A DNA stretch of 64,000 bases. Origin: an uncultured Alphaproteobacteria bacterium (GTDB lineage: Bacteria > Pseudomonadota > Alphaproteobacteria > Rhizobiales > Beijerinckiaceae). Location of the stretch: the NCBI GenBank assembly GCA_963779095.1, contig CAVZWU010000004.1, positions 4,048-68,047 of the forward strand. The letters are read 5' to 3'. Positions 22,319-33,656 of the stretch are shown in pieces (position 1 is the first letter of the stretch; every line of letters starts with the position of its first letter). A program made the position numbers and the translations under genes. The notes below the pieces were generated by a model. The model was not told the DNA's origin and did not search any database. It was given only the letters and a program-made list of their open reading frames with translations.

Positions 22319-22774
22319 ATGAAAGCCATGAAACGTCAGCGCGCTCTGGTTCCTTTCCTTCTCCTGCTTGGCCTTGTGAGTATAGGGCCCGCCCGTGCCG
22401 AAGCCGCTTCGTTCAAGGTCTCACTCACCGGCGCGCAATGCGTGCCTCCGGTGGACACGAAGGGCTCGGGGACCGCGGACCTGACCTACGACCGTGCGAC
22501 CCGGGTCGTGACCTGGAACATTACTTACAACGGGTTGTCCAGCCCGACGACGATGGCTCATTTCCACGGTCCAGCCAAGCTAGGCCAAAACGCCCCGGTT
22601 GTGATCTGGCTAAGCGTCAAGGGGAGCCCGCCCTCGAATCCGATGACGGGGACCGCCACGCTTACCCCGGCGCAGGCAAAGCAGTTCACGGACGGCGAGT
22701 GGTATGTCAACGTGCACACTAAGGACCATCCTGCTGGAGAAATTCGCGGTCAGGTCGTTCTTCCCAAGAGTTGA
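22319..22774 (+). CDS. Secreted CHRD-domain protein
   Basis: Signal peptide; AHFHGP and YVNVHT..HPAGEIRGQ. Confidence 0.9.
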   Translation: MKAMKRQRALVPFLLLLGLVSIGPARAEAASFKVSLTGAQCVPPVDTKGSGTADLTYDRATRVVTWNITYNGLSSPTTMAHFHGPAKLGQNAPVVIWLSVKGSPPSNPMTGTATLTPAQAKQFTDGEWYVNVHTKDHPAGEIRGQVVLPKS

Positions 22775-22827
22775 GAGGGAAGGGCTTTCTCCGGAAGCGG
22801 ATCCAAGGCTCCCCCTGGGCGCTGCGC

Positions 22828-23523
22828 TCATACGGTGAGCCAGCGTCGAACCTCGCCCTCGTTCATCGCCTCGCGCGTCCCCGACAGAACAACCGCGCCG
22901 CGATCCATGACCGAGTAGTCGTCGGCGATGTCGCGCGCCCATTCGAAATATTGCTCCACCACCAGGATCGCCATCTCGCCCTTGCGGCGCAGATGCACGA
23001 GCGCGCGGCCAATGTCCTTGATGATCGACGGTTGGATGCCTTCTGTCGGTTCATCGAGGATGAGGAGGTTGGGGCGCGTCACCAGTGCGCGGCCGATCGC
23101 CAATTGCTGCTGCTGACCGCCGGACAGATCCCCCCCACGCCGCCCCAGCACGTCGTTGAGGACGGGAAACAAGCTGAAGATCTCGTCGTCGATGACGCGC
23201 TGGTCGCGCGGTAGCGCCGCAAACCCGGTCATCAGGTTTTCCTTCACCGACAGCAGCGGGAAGATCTCGCGACCCTGCGGCACATAACCGAACCCCACCT
23301 TGGCCCGCTGATGGCTCGGCAGCGCGTTCATTTCCTTGCCGTTCCACTGGATCGAGCCGGAGGCGACCCCATGTTGGCCGACGATGGCGCGCAAAAGCGA
23401 CGACTTGCCAACTCCATTGCGCCCCAGCACGCACAAGATTCGTCCGACCTCCGCCTTGACCGACACGGAGCGAAGCGCCTGCGCCGCGCCGTAGAAGAGA
23501 TCGATTCGGTCGACGGTCAGCAT
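22828..23523 (-). CDS. urtE: Urea ABC transporter ATP-binding subunit
   Basis: YVPQGREIFP, LSGGQQQQLAIGRAL, DEPTEGIQPSII. Confidence 0.92.
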   Translation of the reverse strand: MLTVDRIDLFYGAAQALRSVSVKAEVGRILCVLGRNGVGKSSLLRAIVGQHGVASGSIQWNGKEMNALPSHQRAKVGFGYVPQGREIFPLLSVKENLMTGFAALPRDQRVIDDEIFSLFPVLNDVLGRRGGDLSGGQQQQLAIGRALVTRPNLLILDEPTEGIQPSIIKDIGRALVHLRRKGEMAILVVEQYFEWARDIADDYSVMDRGAVVLSGTREAMNEGEVRRWLTV

Positions 23524-23527
23524 GCCT

Positions 23528-24298
23528 TCACCGCCCCAGATAGACTTCGACGACGCGCGGATCGGCGCTGACCTGATCAATCGTGCCTTCGGCGAGGACC
23601 GAACCCTCATGCAGGCAGGTAACCTTGACGCCCAGATCACGCACGAACGACATGTCGTGCTCGACGACGATCACCGAATGATCGCGGGCGATGTCGCGCA
23701 GAAGATCCGCGGTCGCCGCCGTTTCACTGTCGGTCATACCGGCGACCGGCTCGTCGACCAAGAGGAGCTTCGGGTCCTGCGCCAGCAGCATGCCAATTTC
23801 CAGCCATTGCTTCTGTCCGTGCGACAATGATCCGGCGACGCGCGACCGATGATCGCGAAGCCGGGTCGTCGCGAGGATGGCGTCGATCGTTCGCAACGTC
23901 CCTGGGTCTTCGCGACCGAACAGGGTCGCGCGCACGCTGCGCGGCGCCTTCGTCGCCAGCAGGAGGTTGTCCTCGACCGTGTGGTTCTCGAACACTGTCG
24001 GCTTCTGAAACTTGCGTCCGACGCCGAGCGTTGCAATCTCGGCTTCGTCAAGCTTGGTCAGGTCATGGCGCCCGTCGAACATCACCTCCCCTTCGTCGGG
24101 ACGCGTCTTACCGGTGATGACGTCCATCATTGTCGTCTTGCCGGCGCCGTTGGGGCCGATGATGGCGCGCATCTCGCCGGGCAGAAGCACCAGTGACAGG
24201 CTGCGTAGCGCCTTGTAGCCGTCGAACGAGACGCTGACTCCGTCCAGATAGAGGAGCGACTGTGTAAGAGTTGGATTGGCCGTCTCGGCGAGGCTCAC
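23528..24298 (-). CDS. urtD: Urea ABC transporter ATP-binding subunit
   Basis: GRKFQKPTVFE, LSHGQKQWLEIGMLL. Confidence 0.93.
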   Translation of the reverse strand: MSLAETANPTLTQSLLYLDGVSVSFDGYKALRSLSLVLLPGEMRAIIGPNGAGKTTMMDVITGKTRPDEGEVMFDGRHDLTKLDEAEIATLGVGRKFQKPTVFENHTVEDNLLLATKAPRSVRATLFGREDPGTLRTIDAILATTRLRDHRSRVAGSLSHGQKQWLEIGMLLAQDPKLLLVDEPVAGMTDSETAATADLLRDIARDHSVIVVEHDMSFVRDLGVKVTCLHEGSVLAEGTIDQVSADPRVVEVYLGR

Positions 24299-25419
24299 GG
24301 CTCTGCGCCCTCCTCGACGGCGTCAACGGAGACGACCTCCCGCGGTTTCGGCTCGCTGCCTTTGAGCGCAAGGCCCAGCAGACCCTTCGGCAGAAACAGG
24401 GTCGTCAGGACGAACAGGAGGCCGAGGCCGTAGAGCCAATATTCGGGGAAGGCGCCGGTGAAATAGGTCTTGGCAAAGTTAACCGCAATCGCGCCGATCG
24501 CGGCGCCGATCAATGTCCCGCGGCCGCCGACCGCAACCCAGATCGCCGCCTCGATAGAGTTCGCGGGCGCAAATTCGCTCGGATTGATGATGCCGACCTG
24601 CGGCACATAGAGCGCGCCGGCGATCCCGGCGATGACGGCCGACACGACGAAGACGAACAGCTTGTAGTTCTCGACCCGGTAGCCGAGAAAGCGCATCCGG
24701 CTCTCCGCGTCGCGCACCGCGACCAGCGCTTTGCCGTATTTCGAGCCGATGATGGCGCGCGACACCGCATAAGCGATGATGAGCGCGATGGCGCTGGCCG
24801 AGAACAGGGCGGCCTTGGTCGAGGCGGACTGACGCGAGAAGCCGAGCAGGTCCTTGAAGTCGGTCAACCCGTTGTTGCCGCCGAAGCCGAAATCGTTGCG
24901 AAAGAACTCCTTGAAAAGAGCGAACGTCATCGCCTGGGTGATGATCGAGAGATAGACGCCGGTCACCCGCGAGCGGAACGCGAACCAACCGAAGGCGAGC
25001 GCGAGCAGGCCCGGGACCAGCACCACCATCGCCATCGCGTAAGGAAACCAGTTGAAGCCCCACCAGGCGACCGGCAATTCCTTCCAGTTCAGGAACACCA
25101 TGAAATCCGGTAGGATCGGGTTGGCGTAGACGCCGCGCGTCCCGATCTGGCGCATGAGATACATGCCCATCGCATAGCCGCCGAGGGCGAAAAACGCGGC
25201 GTGCCCCAGCGACAGAATCCCGCAATAACCCCAGACCAGATCAAGCGCGACCGCGAGGATCGCGTAGCAGAGATATTTGCCGAGCAACTGTACCACATAG
25301 GGCGGCAAATAGAGCGGCGAACTGGGCGAGACCGCAAGCGACAGCAACGGCACGGCGAGGGCCGCCGCGATGAGGATCGCGACGAAGACGATTCCGAACT
25401 GGTCGAGCCGCGTGCTCAT
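24295..25419 (-). CDS. urtC: Urea ABC transporter permease
   Basis: LDLVWGYCGILSLGH, LPDFMVFLNW, GGNNGLTDF, PQVGIINP. Confidence 0.93.
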   Translation of the reverse strand: MSTRLDQFGIVFVAILIAAALAVPLLSLAVSPSSPLYLPPYVVQLLGKYLCYAILAVALDLVWGYCGILSLGHAAFFALGGYAMGMYLMRQIGTRGVYANPILPDFMVFLNWKELPVAWWGFNWFPYAMAMVVLVPGLLALAFGWFAFRSRVTGVYLSIITQAMTFALFKEFFRNDFGFGGNNGLTDFKDLLGFSRQSASTKAALFSASAIALIIAYAVSRAIIGSKYGKALVAVRDAESRMRFLGYRVENYKLFVFVVSAVIAGIAGALYVPQVGIINPSEFAPANSIEAAIWVAVGGRGTLIGAAIGAIAVNFAKTYFTGAFPEYWLYGLGLLFVLTTLFLPKGLLGLALKGSEPKPREVVSVDAVEEGAEP

Positions 25420-27043
25420 GCCTCCACCGCCCGGCCGCGCAGCGCGAAAAGGCCCCTCGGTCGTCTCTGGATGAAGAGAATGATGAAGATCAGGAGCACG
25501 ATCTGGCCCTGGACGGCGCCGATCAATGGCTCGAGCAGCTTGTTGGCGAGCCCGATCAGAAGGGCGCCGAAGGCGGTGCCCCACAAGTTGCCGACCCCGC
25601 CGAACACAACGACCATAAAGCTGTCGATGATGTAGCCCTGGCCGAGGTTCGGCGAGACATTGTCGATCTGCGACAGCGCCACGCCCGCGATCCCCGCCAC
25701 GCCGGATCCGAGCCCGAAGGCCAGCATGTCGATGCGCGCGGTCGAAATGCCCATCGACGCCGCCATGCGCCGGTTCTGGGTCACCGCGCGCATCTGCAGG
25801 CCGAAGGGCGTCGCGCGCAAAACGAGCTGGAGCCCGATGAACACGACCGCCGAGAGGACGATGATCCAGAGGCGGTTGGTGGTGATCGATAGCCCGCCGA
25901 TCTCGAAAGCGCCTGACATGAAAGGCGGATTGCTGACGAGGCGATTGTTCGCGCCGAAAATGCTGCGCACCAGTTGCTGCAGGATGAGGGAAACGCCCCA
26001 GGTCGCGAGCAGCGTCTCTCGAGCGGACGGGTGTAGAGAAAGCGGATCACCAGACGCTCGATCGCGATGCCGACGGCGCCGGCGACGACAAACGCGAGCG
26101 GAATGGCGAAGGCGAGCGACCAGTTCTGCAACGAAGGCGGCAGCAGCGTCTGCACGACATAGGTCGAATAGGCGCCGAGCATGACCATCTCGCCATGCGC
26201 CATGTTGATGACGCCCATGACGCCGAAGGTGATCGCCAGCCCTATAGCCGCCAGAAGCAGAACGGATGAGGCCGAAACGCCATACCAGAGGTTCTGCACG
26301 ACGCTCCACAAAGCCAGGCGAGCATGGACGGCGCTCAAGGCGGATTGAGTGGCGCTTTTGACCGCTGGATCGGTCGCCCTCTGGGCGATCGAGTCGATGA
26401 GACTCTGCGCGTCCTGATCGCCGCGCGCCTTCAGCGTCGCGATCGCCGACAGACGGTCGGGGACGGAGGCGCTGTCGCTGGTGGCGAAGATCGCCGCCTC
26501 CGCGAGCTTGAGAGCGGCGGCGACGCGCGGATCGCTTTCCTTCGCGAGCTGGGCCTGAAGGGTGGGCAGCGCCTTGGCGTCGCGGGTCGTGAACACGTCT
26601 TGCGCCGCCTTGAGGCGCTTCTCGGGATCGGAACTGGCGAGGGTGAGCGATCCCATCGCGCCCTGAACGGCGTTTCTCGAGCGCGTTGTTGACGCGGACC
26701 TTCTTGAACGCTTCCGTCTCGACGCCTTCGACCGGCGCGCCGGTCTTGGCGTTGAGGATGCGCGCCGGCGGTCGTCTTGTAGGCGACGAGATGATCGGCG
26801 GGATCGATGAGGAGGCGATTGTCGCCGAGCGCGTCCAGAATCGCGGCCGCCTGCGGCGGCGCCTCGGCCGCCAATTCGCTGACCGCCTTCTCGCTCTGGG
26901 GAAACTTGTCAGCGAGGAATTGAGCCAGGGTGTCGTCGAGCGCATCGGCGCGAGCCGCCGCGGCCGAGGGCGAGCAGCACGCCGGCGACGCCAAGCGCGC
27001 GGAGAACGCGAGAGGCGTGACAAAAGGCGCTTGAAAGCGGCAT
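25416..27043 (-). CDS. urtB: Urea ABC transporter permease, several frameshifts
   Basis: GLAITFGVMGVINMAHGE, LLATWGVSL, IDSFMVVVFGGVG in shifting frames. Confidence 0.88.
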
Positions 27044-27158
27044 AACCACCATTTCGGTTAACCGGCCCAAATCCGACGTCGTCTCGTGACGTCGTCCGGG
27101 CTTTCGAGGAAGGCCCCTCACCCTCGGGAGGAGGAGGGGAGGGGCTCCGGGAACAACG

Positions 27159-28533
27159 TCAGCCGCCGCACTTGCCGGTTTTGACGTTGAAATTGCCGCA
27201 CGACATCGGCGGGCGCCAATCGGCGATCAGATCGCTCGAACCCTCAAGGTAGGGCGACCATTCCTGCGCGACCAGCGCTCCAGGCGTCTGCCAGACCGTG
27301 TTGAGCTGTCCGTCGGCCTGGATCTCGCCGATATAGACGGGCTTGGTGATGTGGTGGTTGGGCATCATGGTCGAAAGGCCGCCGGTGAGATTGGGCACCG
27401 CGACGCCGATCATCGCCGGGATCACCTTGTCCGGCTCGAAGCTTTGCGCCTTCTCCACGCCCTTCACCCACATGTTGAAGCCGATGTAGTGGGCCTCCAT
27501 GGGGTCGTTGGTGGTCCGCTTCGGCTTCTTCGTGAAATCATGCCATTTGGCGATGAACTCCTTGTTCGCGGGCGTTTCGATCGACTCGAAATAGTTCCAC
27601 GCGGCGAGATGGCCGACGAGCGGCTTGGTGTCGAGGCCGGCGAGCTCCTCCTCGCCGACCGAGAAGGCGACGACCGGGATGTCGGTCGCCTTAATGCCCT
27701 GGTTGCCGAGCTCCTTGTAGAACGGCACGTTGGCGTCGCCGTTGATCGTCGAGACGACCGCCGTCTTCTTGCCGGCTGAGCCGAAAGCCTTGATCTTCGA
27801 CACTTCGGTCTGCCAGTCGGAGAAGCCGAACGGCGTGTAATTGATCATGACGTCTTCGTCGGCTACGCCTTTCAGTTTGAGATAGGCGGCGAGGATCTTG
27901 TTGGTCGTGCGCGGATAGACGTAGTCGGTGCCTTCGAGAACCCAGCGTTTGACCGCGCCGCCGTCGTCGCTCATCAGATAGTCGACTGCGGGAATCGCCT
28001 GCTGGTTCGGCGCCGCGCCGGTATAGAACACATTGCGTTCCGATTCCTCGCCCTCGTACTGGACGGGATAGAACAGCATGTTGTTGAGCTCCTTGAACAC
28101 CGGCAGCACCGACTTGCGCGACACCGAGGTCCAGCAGCCGAAGACGACGGAAACCTTGTCCTTTTCGATGAGCTCCTTGGCCTTTTCTGCGAACAGCGGC
28201 CAGTTCGACGCCGGGTCGACGACCACCGCCTCGAGCTTCCTGCCGAGCACGCCGCCCTTCTTGTTCTGCTCGTCGATCAGCATCAGCATCACGTCTTTGA
28301 GCGTGGTCTCGCTGATCGCCATAGTGCCGGACAGCGAATGGAGAATGCCGATCTTGACCGGTTCGCCCGTCGCCGCCATCGCGGAAGTGGAGCCCATCGC
28401 AAGCGCGCCCCCCAGCGCAGTCGCCCCCCCCCCCAGAGCCGCCGCCTTCCAGCGCAGGCGCTCCCCCGAGCGCAGTCGCCCCTCCCAGGGCTGCGCCGGA
28501 CGCGTAAAGAAAAGTCCGTCTCGTCAACGACAT
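27159..28533 (-). CDS. urtA: Urea ABC transporter substrate-binding protein (Tat-like leader; frameshift in G11 run)
   Basis: GILHSLSGTMAISE, FGCWTSVSRK, YPVQYEG; leader MSLTRRTFL at 28533. Confidence 0.92.
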
Positions 28534-28607
28534 TGTGTTCGCCTCGTCGCTTGCGCCCCTTGAGAGGGCGGGATCCCGACCCCTCCCTCGGGGCCTGAGC
28601 CAACTTC

Positions 28608-28622
28608 GCAACGAGCGTGCCA
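28608..28622 (-). promoter_or_regulatory. Sigma54 (-24/-12) promoter of the urt operon
   Basis: TGGCACGCTCGTTGC on the minus strand matches TGGCACG-N4-TTGC, ~75 bp upstream of urtA. Confidence 0.85.
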
Positions 28623-28734
28623 GAGAATCTCCAATGATTCGTGGGATAGGCGCGCCCGCAAATCGAGCGGGGCGCCGAAGATTTGTTCACCAGCCGAGGA
28701 AGCGCCCTTAGGGCTCCTCGGCCCAAGAGCCAAC

Positions 28735-28900
28735 GTCCGGCTCGGTTTTCGCCACCGTGGGCGCGGTCGGATCGCGCTCGATCTTGACCCTGAGCTGAGC
28801 TGGCCGATGAAGACCCTGAGGTACTGGGTGTCCTCGTGATGCGCCGGACCCAGATTGAGACCAGAATCTGGCGATGGGTCAGCACCTGCGGGCGTTGCGA
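28735..28900 (-). pseudogene. C-terminal fragment of a KdpE-like response regulator
   Basis: VLTHRQIL..W/GPAHHEDTQYLRVFIGQL..KIERDP across frameshifts; no receiver domain. Confidence 0.7.
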
Positions 28901-29505
28901 GAGAGGACAGCGAGCAGGATCCGCGATGGAAACCAGATCGCAGTGACCTTGAGCCCGCCCGCCTTGATCCGCGACATATCGAGCAGATGCCGTCGCGAGA
29001 GCCGCCCTGTCTGCTCTTCAATCGATGACAAGAGTTCGATCCGTTCGGCGGCTCATTTTTGTCGCCAAGCTGGGCGCGGCGAGGTCGCCGCGCCAGCTAT
29101 CGAGGACAAGTGCACAATCGTGGGAGGGCGGAGTTGAGCAGCGCATCTCGCACCTTCTCGTTTTCCCAGAGCGGCGATTGCGCGCCGGCACGGGCTTGCG
29201 CTGGACGGCGCGCGAGGCCAGGTTGCAGCCGAGCCGAAAGGGCAATCGCCTGCTCATCGCGAGCGCGTGACCGTTTGCGTTCACCCAAAACATCATATAT
29301 TCTACGTGTATTAGCCCGCCGCGGCCCCACACATTCGTCGATGCGAACACCCGGAAAGATGTGCTAGCAGGGTTGAATGCGCATGACAGGCATAGGGACG
29401 GCGGGCATGGCGGTTTGCGGCTCGCCGGGCGCCAGAGGATTGGTCACGCCCTCGCGATAGCCCCACGCCCGGGCTTCGACCGCTTGTAAGTCAGGAGAAA
29501 TAGCC

Positions 29506-30489
29506 TTGCTGCATATAACGCCAACTTCTCGGCGCCGGTGGCGCATCGCTGTGCTCGCGTGCGTGTTGCCGGCGGCGATGCTGCTCAGCGGATGCGGCAA
29601 GAAGCAGGAGACGCAGGCCGTGGTCGGGCAAGTGATTGCTCATGTCGGCCCGGACGACATCACCCAGCAGGAGCTGGACAACGAGCTACGCCTCGCTAAC
29701 GTGCCCGCTGACAAGCGCACCGACGCAATCGTCAAAGGAGCGCTGACGCGCATCGTCGAACGCAAGTATCTGGTGCAGCAGGCGCTCGCCGCGAAGCTCG
29801 ATCGCGAGCCGACCGTGCATCTCGATCTCCTGCGCGCGCGAGAGCAAATTCTCGCCGGCGCTTTCGTTCAACGCGATCTGTCAGCCAAGATGAGCGCGGT
29901 CTCCAAAAACGAAATCGACAGCTACATCCAAGGCCATCCCAAGCAGTTCGAGCAGCGGGAGCTGTTCCAGGTCGACCAGATTTCCTTCCCGACGCCGAAG
30001 GACGTGGAGGCCCTCGCCGCGGCAACGAAGGATTTCAAGACGCTCGAACAGGTCGAGGCGAAGCTGAACGAAATGCACATCAAATTCAGCCGCGGCGACG
30101 CAACCCTGGACAGCGCCACGATGCCCCCCGAGATGCTGAAAGTGCTGGACGCCAGGAAGCCGGACGACATTTACTTCATACGTTCGCGTGGAGGCGCCAG
30201 CTTTTTCAAAGTGACGTCAGTGGATCAGAAGCCGTTGACCGGGGACCAGGCCGATAACTTCGCAAGGCGCGAGGTGCGGGTCGACATCGGGAGAAAGGGC
30301 GCGGAAGAAATTACCAAGGCTGCGTTGGCGGACACCAAGTTCGAAGGGGACTACGCCCGGATCATGACGACTGCCACGCCGAGCGCACCCACCCCGGCGC
30401 CAGCGACTGAGGGCGCAACGCCGCCCGGCGAGACGCCGACGACGGAGACTCCCCCTGGCGAAAGCCCGAAAGAAGAGCAGAAGCACTAA
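29506..30489 (+). CDS. EpsD-family / SurA-N-like lipoprotein (peptidyl-prolyl isomerase-like)
   Basis: Lipobox LLSGC; QVIAHV..DITQQEL, KLDREPTV; Pro/Thr-rich tail. Confidence 0.7.
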   Translation: MLHITPTSRRRWRIAVLACVLPAAMLLSGCGKKQETQAVVGQVIAHVGPDDITQQELDNELRLANVPADKRTDAIVKGALTRIVERKYLVQQALAAKLDREPTVHLDLLRAREQILAGAFVQRDLSAKMSAVSKNEIDSYIQGHPKQFEQRELFQVDQISFPTPKDVEALAAATKDFKTLEQVEAKLNEMHIKFSRGDATLDSATMPPEMLKVLDARKPDDIYFIRSRGGASFFKVTSVDQKPLTGDQADNFARREVRVDIGRKGAEEITKAALADTKFEGDYARIMTTATPSAPTPAPATEGATPPGETPTTETPPGESPKEEQKH

Positions 30490-31047
30490 TCGCTCGGGCT
30501 GTCGCTATCGCCGAATGTCAGCCCGGGCCGCGTTCCGGTCGACGTGGCCCGAAAGCCGGATTCAACCCGCAAGGGCGTGTGAAGAATCGTCTCCTGCTGT
30601 CGTCCGGCACCCGGTCCGTCTAATCGGCAACTCGCGCTGGAGCGCGGCCCGCGAAAAAGCGCGCGAAATCAAAGCGAAATAGAGCGCGCGCGAGTCGACC
30701 GGATCGCCCAGCGCTCTACGATGTCCCGGCCGAAGCCCGCAAAGGGCGCTTTCCTGGCGACGCGGCCCCACAACCTCGCTTAAACTTCGTTACCCCAGCG
30801 AACGTCTCGATTCCCAGACATTTCACTTTCTCACGCGTCGGGCGCCGCCTCGCGCTGTCCTCCCGGCGTCCGAGGCTGTCCCGCAGCGAGGCTCGCGTCG
30901 CTCTCCGATTGGATAAATTCGCAACTCGCAAACTATAAGTTGGGTAGACAATATTGTTCATTGAAAGCGTGGAGGCCGCATGGTAGCCACCCCCGGAGTG
31001 TACTAGTATTATACACATTAAGATCGTCTAGACAACAGTAGGCCCCG

Positions 31048-32644
31048 ATGAAGACGCTTAGTTACGCTACAATTCTACTGTTCTGCAGCGCTTTTCCTGT
31101 ACACGCGGCCAATGTTTATACCGGATGCGCCGTCCCGCCATCGACCTTCGGACATGTCTGGTACTTTGATCCGGTCCACGGAAAGACGAAGGCGGCCGGC
31201 GGCAACGGCTCGCAGGCTGCACCATGGAACAACCTCGAGGCGCTGATTAAAGTTGAGACTGGCTACTCTTACCCTCTTCTGACAACCGCCCCCTATCGTC
31301 AGGTTCCGGTCCCCGGACAACCTGCGGTCGAACAAGACCGGTCCACAAGCAGGCCCGATCGCGCCCGGCGATGAAATCCTGCTCATGAGCGGAAACTACG
31401 GCGACGTCTTGATCGGCGGTTTTTCTCCGGAGATTTCGAACTCCGATTTTGTGACGATCGCAGCCGCGCCGGGGCAGACGCCCGTCTTGACATCGCTTTT
31501 CATCGGCGAAACCAACAGATGGGTGTTCAACGGACTCAAGGTGCAAAGCCTCCAATCCGCCGCCCTCAGCGGCGACGCCCTGGTCCAGATCAAGGATGGC
31601 GGCGCGACGCTTCCGACGTCCGACATTGTGCTCGAGAATATGACCATCTCATCCCAGGACAACGCCGAGTCCTGGAGCAAAGCCCAATGGGTCGCGAACG
31701 CGCGCAACGGGTTCTCCGCCCTAAGCACGCCCCCCGGCACGAATACAAAGTGCGTTTCGCTCACCGGGTCGCATATCAGCAATGTCAGGTTCGGCGCTTC
31801 GCTCTCGGCCAGCCAACTCGTCTTCTCAAACAATCAGATCGACCATTTTGGCGACGACGGAATTGATTTCGCGGCAAGCAATCTCGCCATCACCAAGAAT
31901 GACATCCACGACAATCTGGACATCGGCGACGGCAATCATGAAGACGCCATGCAGGGCCAGATCGGCGTCCTGGCGCCAGGGGCCGCCGTGAACTATTTCA
32001 AGAACATCCTGATCGACAGCAATTTGGTCATCCGGCAGTCGGATCCGGAGCTTTCGTTTCCGACTGGTCTGCAAGGCATCGACGCCTTCGACTCGGACTG
32101 GACGAATGTCACCGTGACGAACAATGTGGTGATCACGAGCGCCTGCTGGGGAATAGCCTTCTCGAGCATCCATAACGGCCTGATCGCCAACAATACGGTG
32201 GTCTCGGACGATCTCCCGTCGCCCGGTTGCGCCGCCACCGTTTCGGTCGGCGACAAAACGCACGAAGGCGCCTCCAGCAACAACACCGCGGTGCGAAACA
32301 ATCTCACGAGCCGCCTCTCAGTCTACAATCTCGATAGCGGCGTTGAAGCGGATCACAATGTTGTCATGTTGGGCATAAGTCCCGGGATTATCTGGTATGC
32401 GAATGGCGTACCCCAGTATATCGGTCAACCGGGGACGTATGCGAACGGCAACATCATCGATTCCGCCGGGTCGAAGGGCGAATTCGCCAACTTCAATCCG
32501 GCGACTCTGACTTATGATGTGCTGCTCAAGTCAACCGGGCAGGCGATCGGCGCAGGAACTGCGACGGGCGCGCCGACCTTCGACATCATCGGCGTCGCCC
32601 GCAGCGCCCCCTTCGCCGTCGGGGCTTATGCGTACCCGATGTGA
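31048..32644 (+). CDS. Secreted right-handed parallel beta-helix protein, frameshift near 31335
   Basis: Signal peptide; Asn-rich repeats (NNQI, NDIHD, NNVV, NNTV), H.DA.Q; C-terminal DIIGVAR..VGAY. Confidence 0.75.
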
Positions 32645-32982
32645 ACGAAAACCGATTAGCGAAGAAGGCACAGTCGGCGCCGCTTGAACGTGACAGCAAC
32701 GTTTCGCGATAAGCTGGCGCGCTCACAGATTGCCCGCGCCAAGCAGCGTCGTGTTCCTCGTGACAGCGATCTTGAGGCGCGCAATATAGGGTCTCATCCC
32801 CGTTGCAGAAAAAATGAGGTCAAGCTACTGAAAAGCTTGATTCGCGCTCACAATCGTACACACTGAACGGCCAAATCTCGAGTTCGATCGCCAAAACGGC
32901 GGTAGAAGCCGGCGCGTGGCCTTGCGCCGGCGAGCCCTCGAACAATGTAACTGGCTGGCCGAGAGGCCGTCCGTCCCAGCAA

Positions 32983-33630
32983 ATGGAATTCCCCGCAAAT
33001 GAATCGCTTCGCACTTCGCCTGAGCCTGATCGACGCCCTGGATCGCGGCCATGGTCGCCCTTCTCTCGCTGGCGCGTGATCCCGTCGCCGGCTGAGGCGG
33101 AAAGCGCCGCCGCCCGGCGCATCGAGGCCTATTATCAGCAGCTGATGCCGACGCTCCGGGCGGCGGGCCAGCTCAGCGTGCGCGAACGCGACCGCCGCTT
33201 CGCGCCCGCCATCACCTCCGCCTTCGACATTGGAACCATGACGAGGCTGGCGACGGGGCCCGCCTGGAGCAAGTTCTCGGGCGCCCAGCAGGCCGCGGTT
33301 CGCGAAGCCTTCGCCCGTTTCCTCGTCGCCGAATACGCCCATCAGGTGACCGACTATTCGGGCGAGAGCTTCGTCGTCGATCCGCAGACGAGCCCCGCCT
33401 CGGGCGGCGGCGAAATCGTCAGGACCAAACTTCTCCAGCCTGGCGGCCGGACGGTGCAGATCAACTATCTCGTTCGCGGCGGCCGCGTGATCGACGTCTA
33501 TCTCAATGGCACGATCAGCGATCTGGCGACGCGGCGCGACGAATTCGCCTCGATCCTCGCCGGCGGCGGCGGCGCCGACGCCCTGGTCAAGACCTTGCGC
33601 GAACGGACTGCGAGCCTGCTCGCGGGCTAG
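32983..33630 (+). CDS. hpnM: HpnM / MlaC-like hopanoid-associated transporter protein (start uncertain)
   Basis: FD..TMTRLATGPAW, IDVYLNGTISDLATRRDEF; hopanoid gene context. Confidence 0.78.
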   Translation: MEFPANESLRTSPEPDRRPGSRPWSPFSRWRVIPSPAEAESAAARRIEAYYQQLMPTLRAAGQLSVRERDRRFAPAITSAFDIGTMTRLATGPAWSKFSGAQQAAVREAFARFLVAEYAHQVTDYSGESFVVDPQTSPASGGGEIVRTKLLQPGGRTVQINYLVRGGRVIDVYLNGTISDLATRRDEFASILAGGGGADALVKTLRERTASLLAG

Positions 33631-33656
33631 ACGGTCGGCCCGAGCGACGCGCCGCC

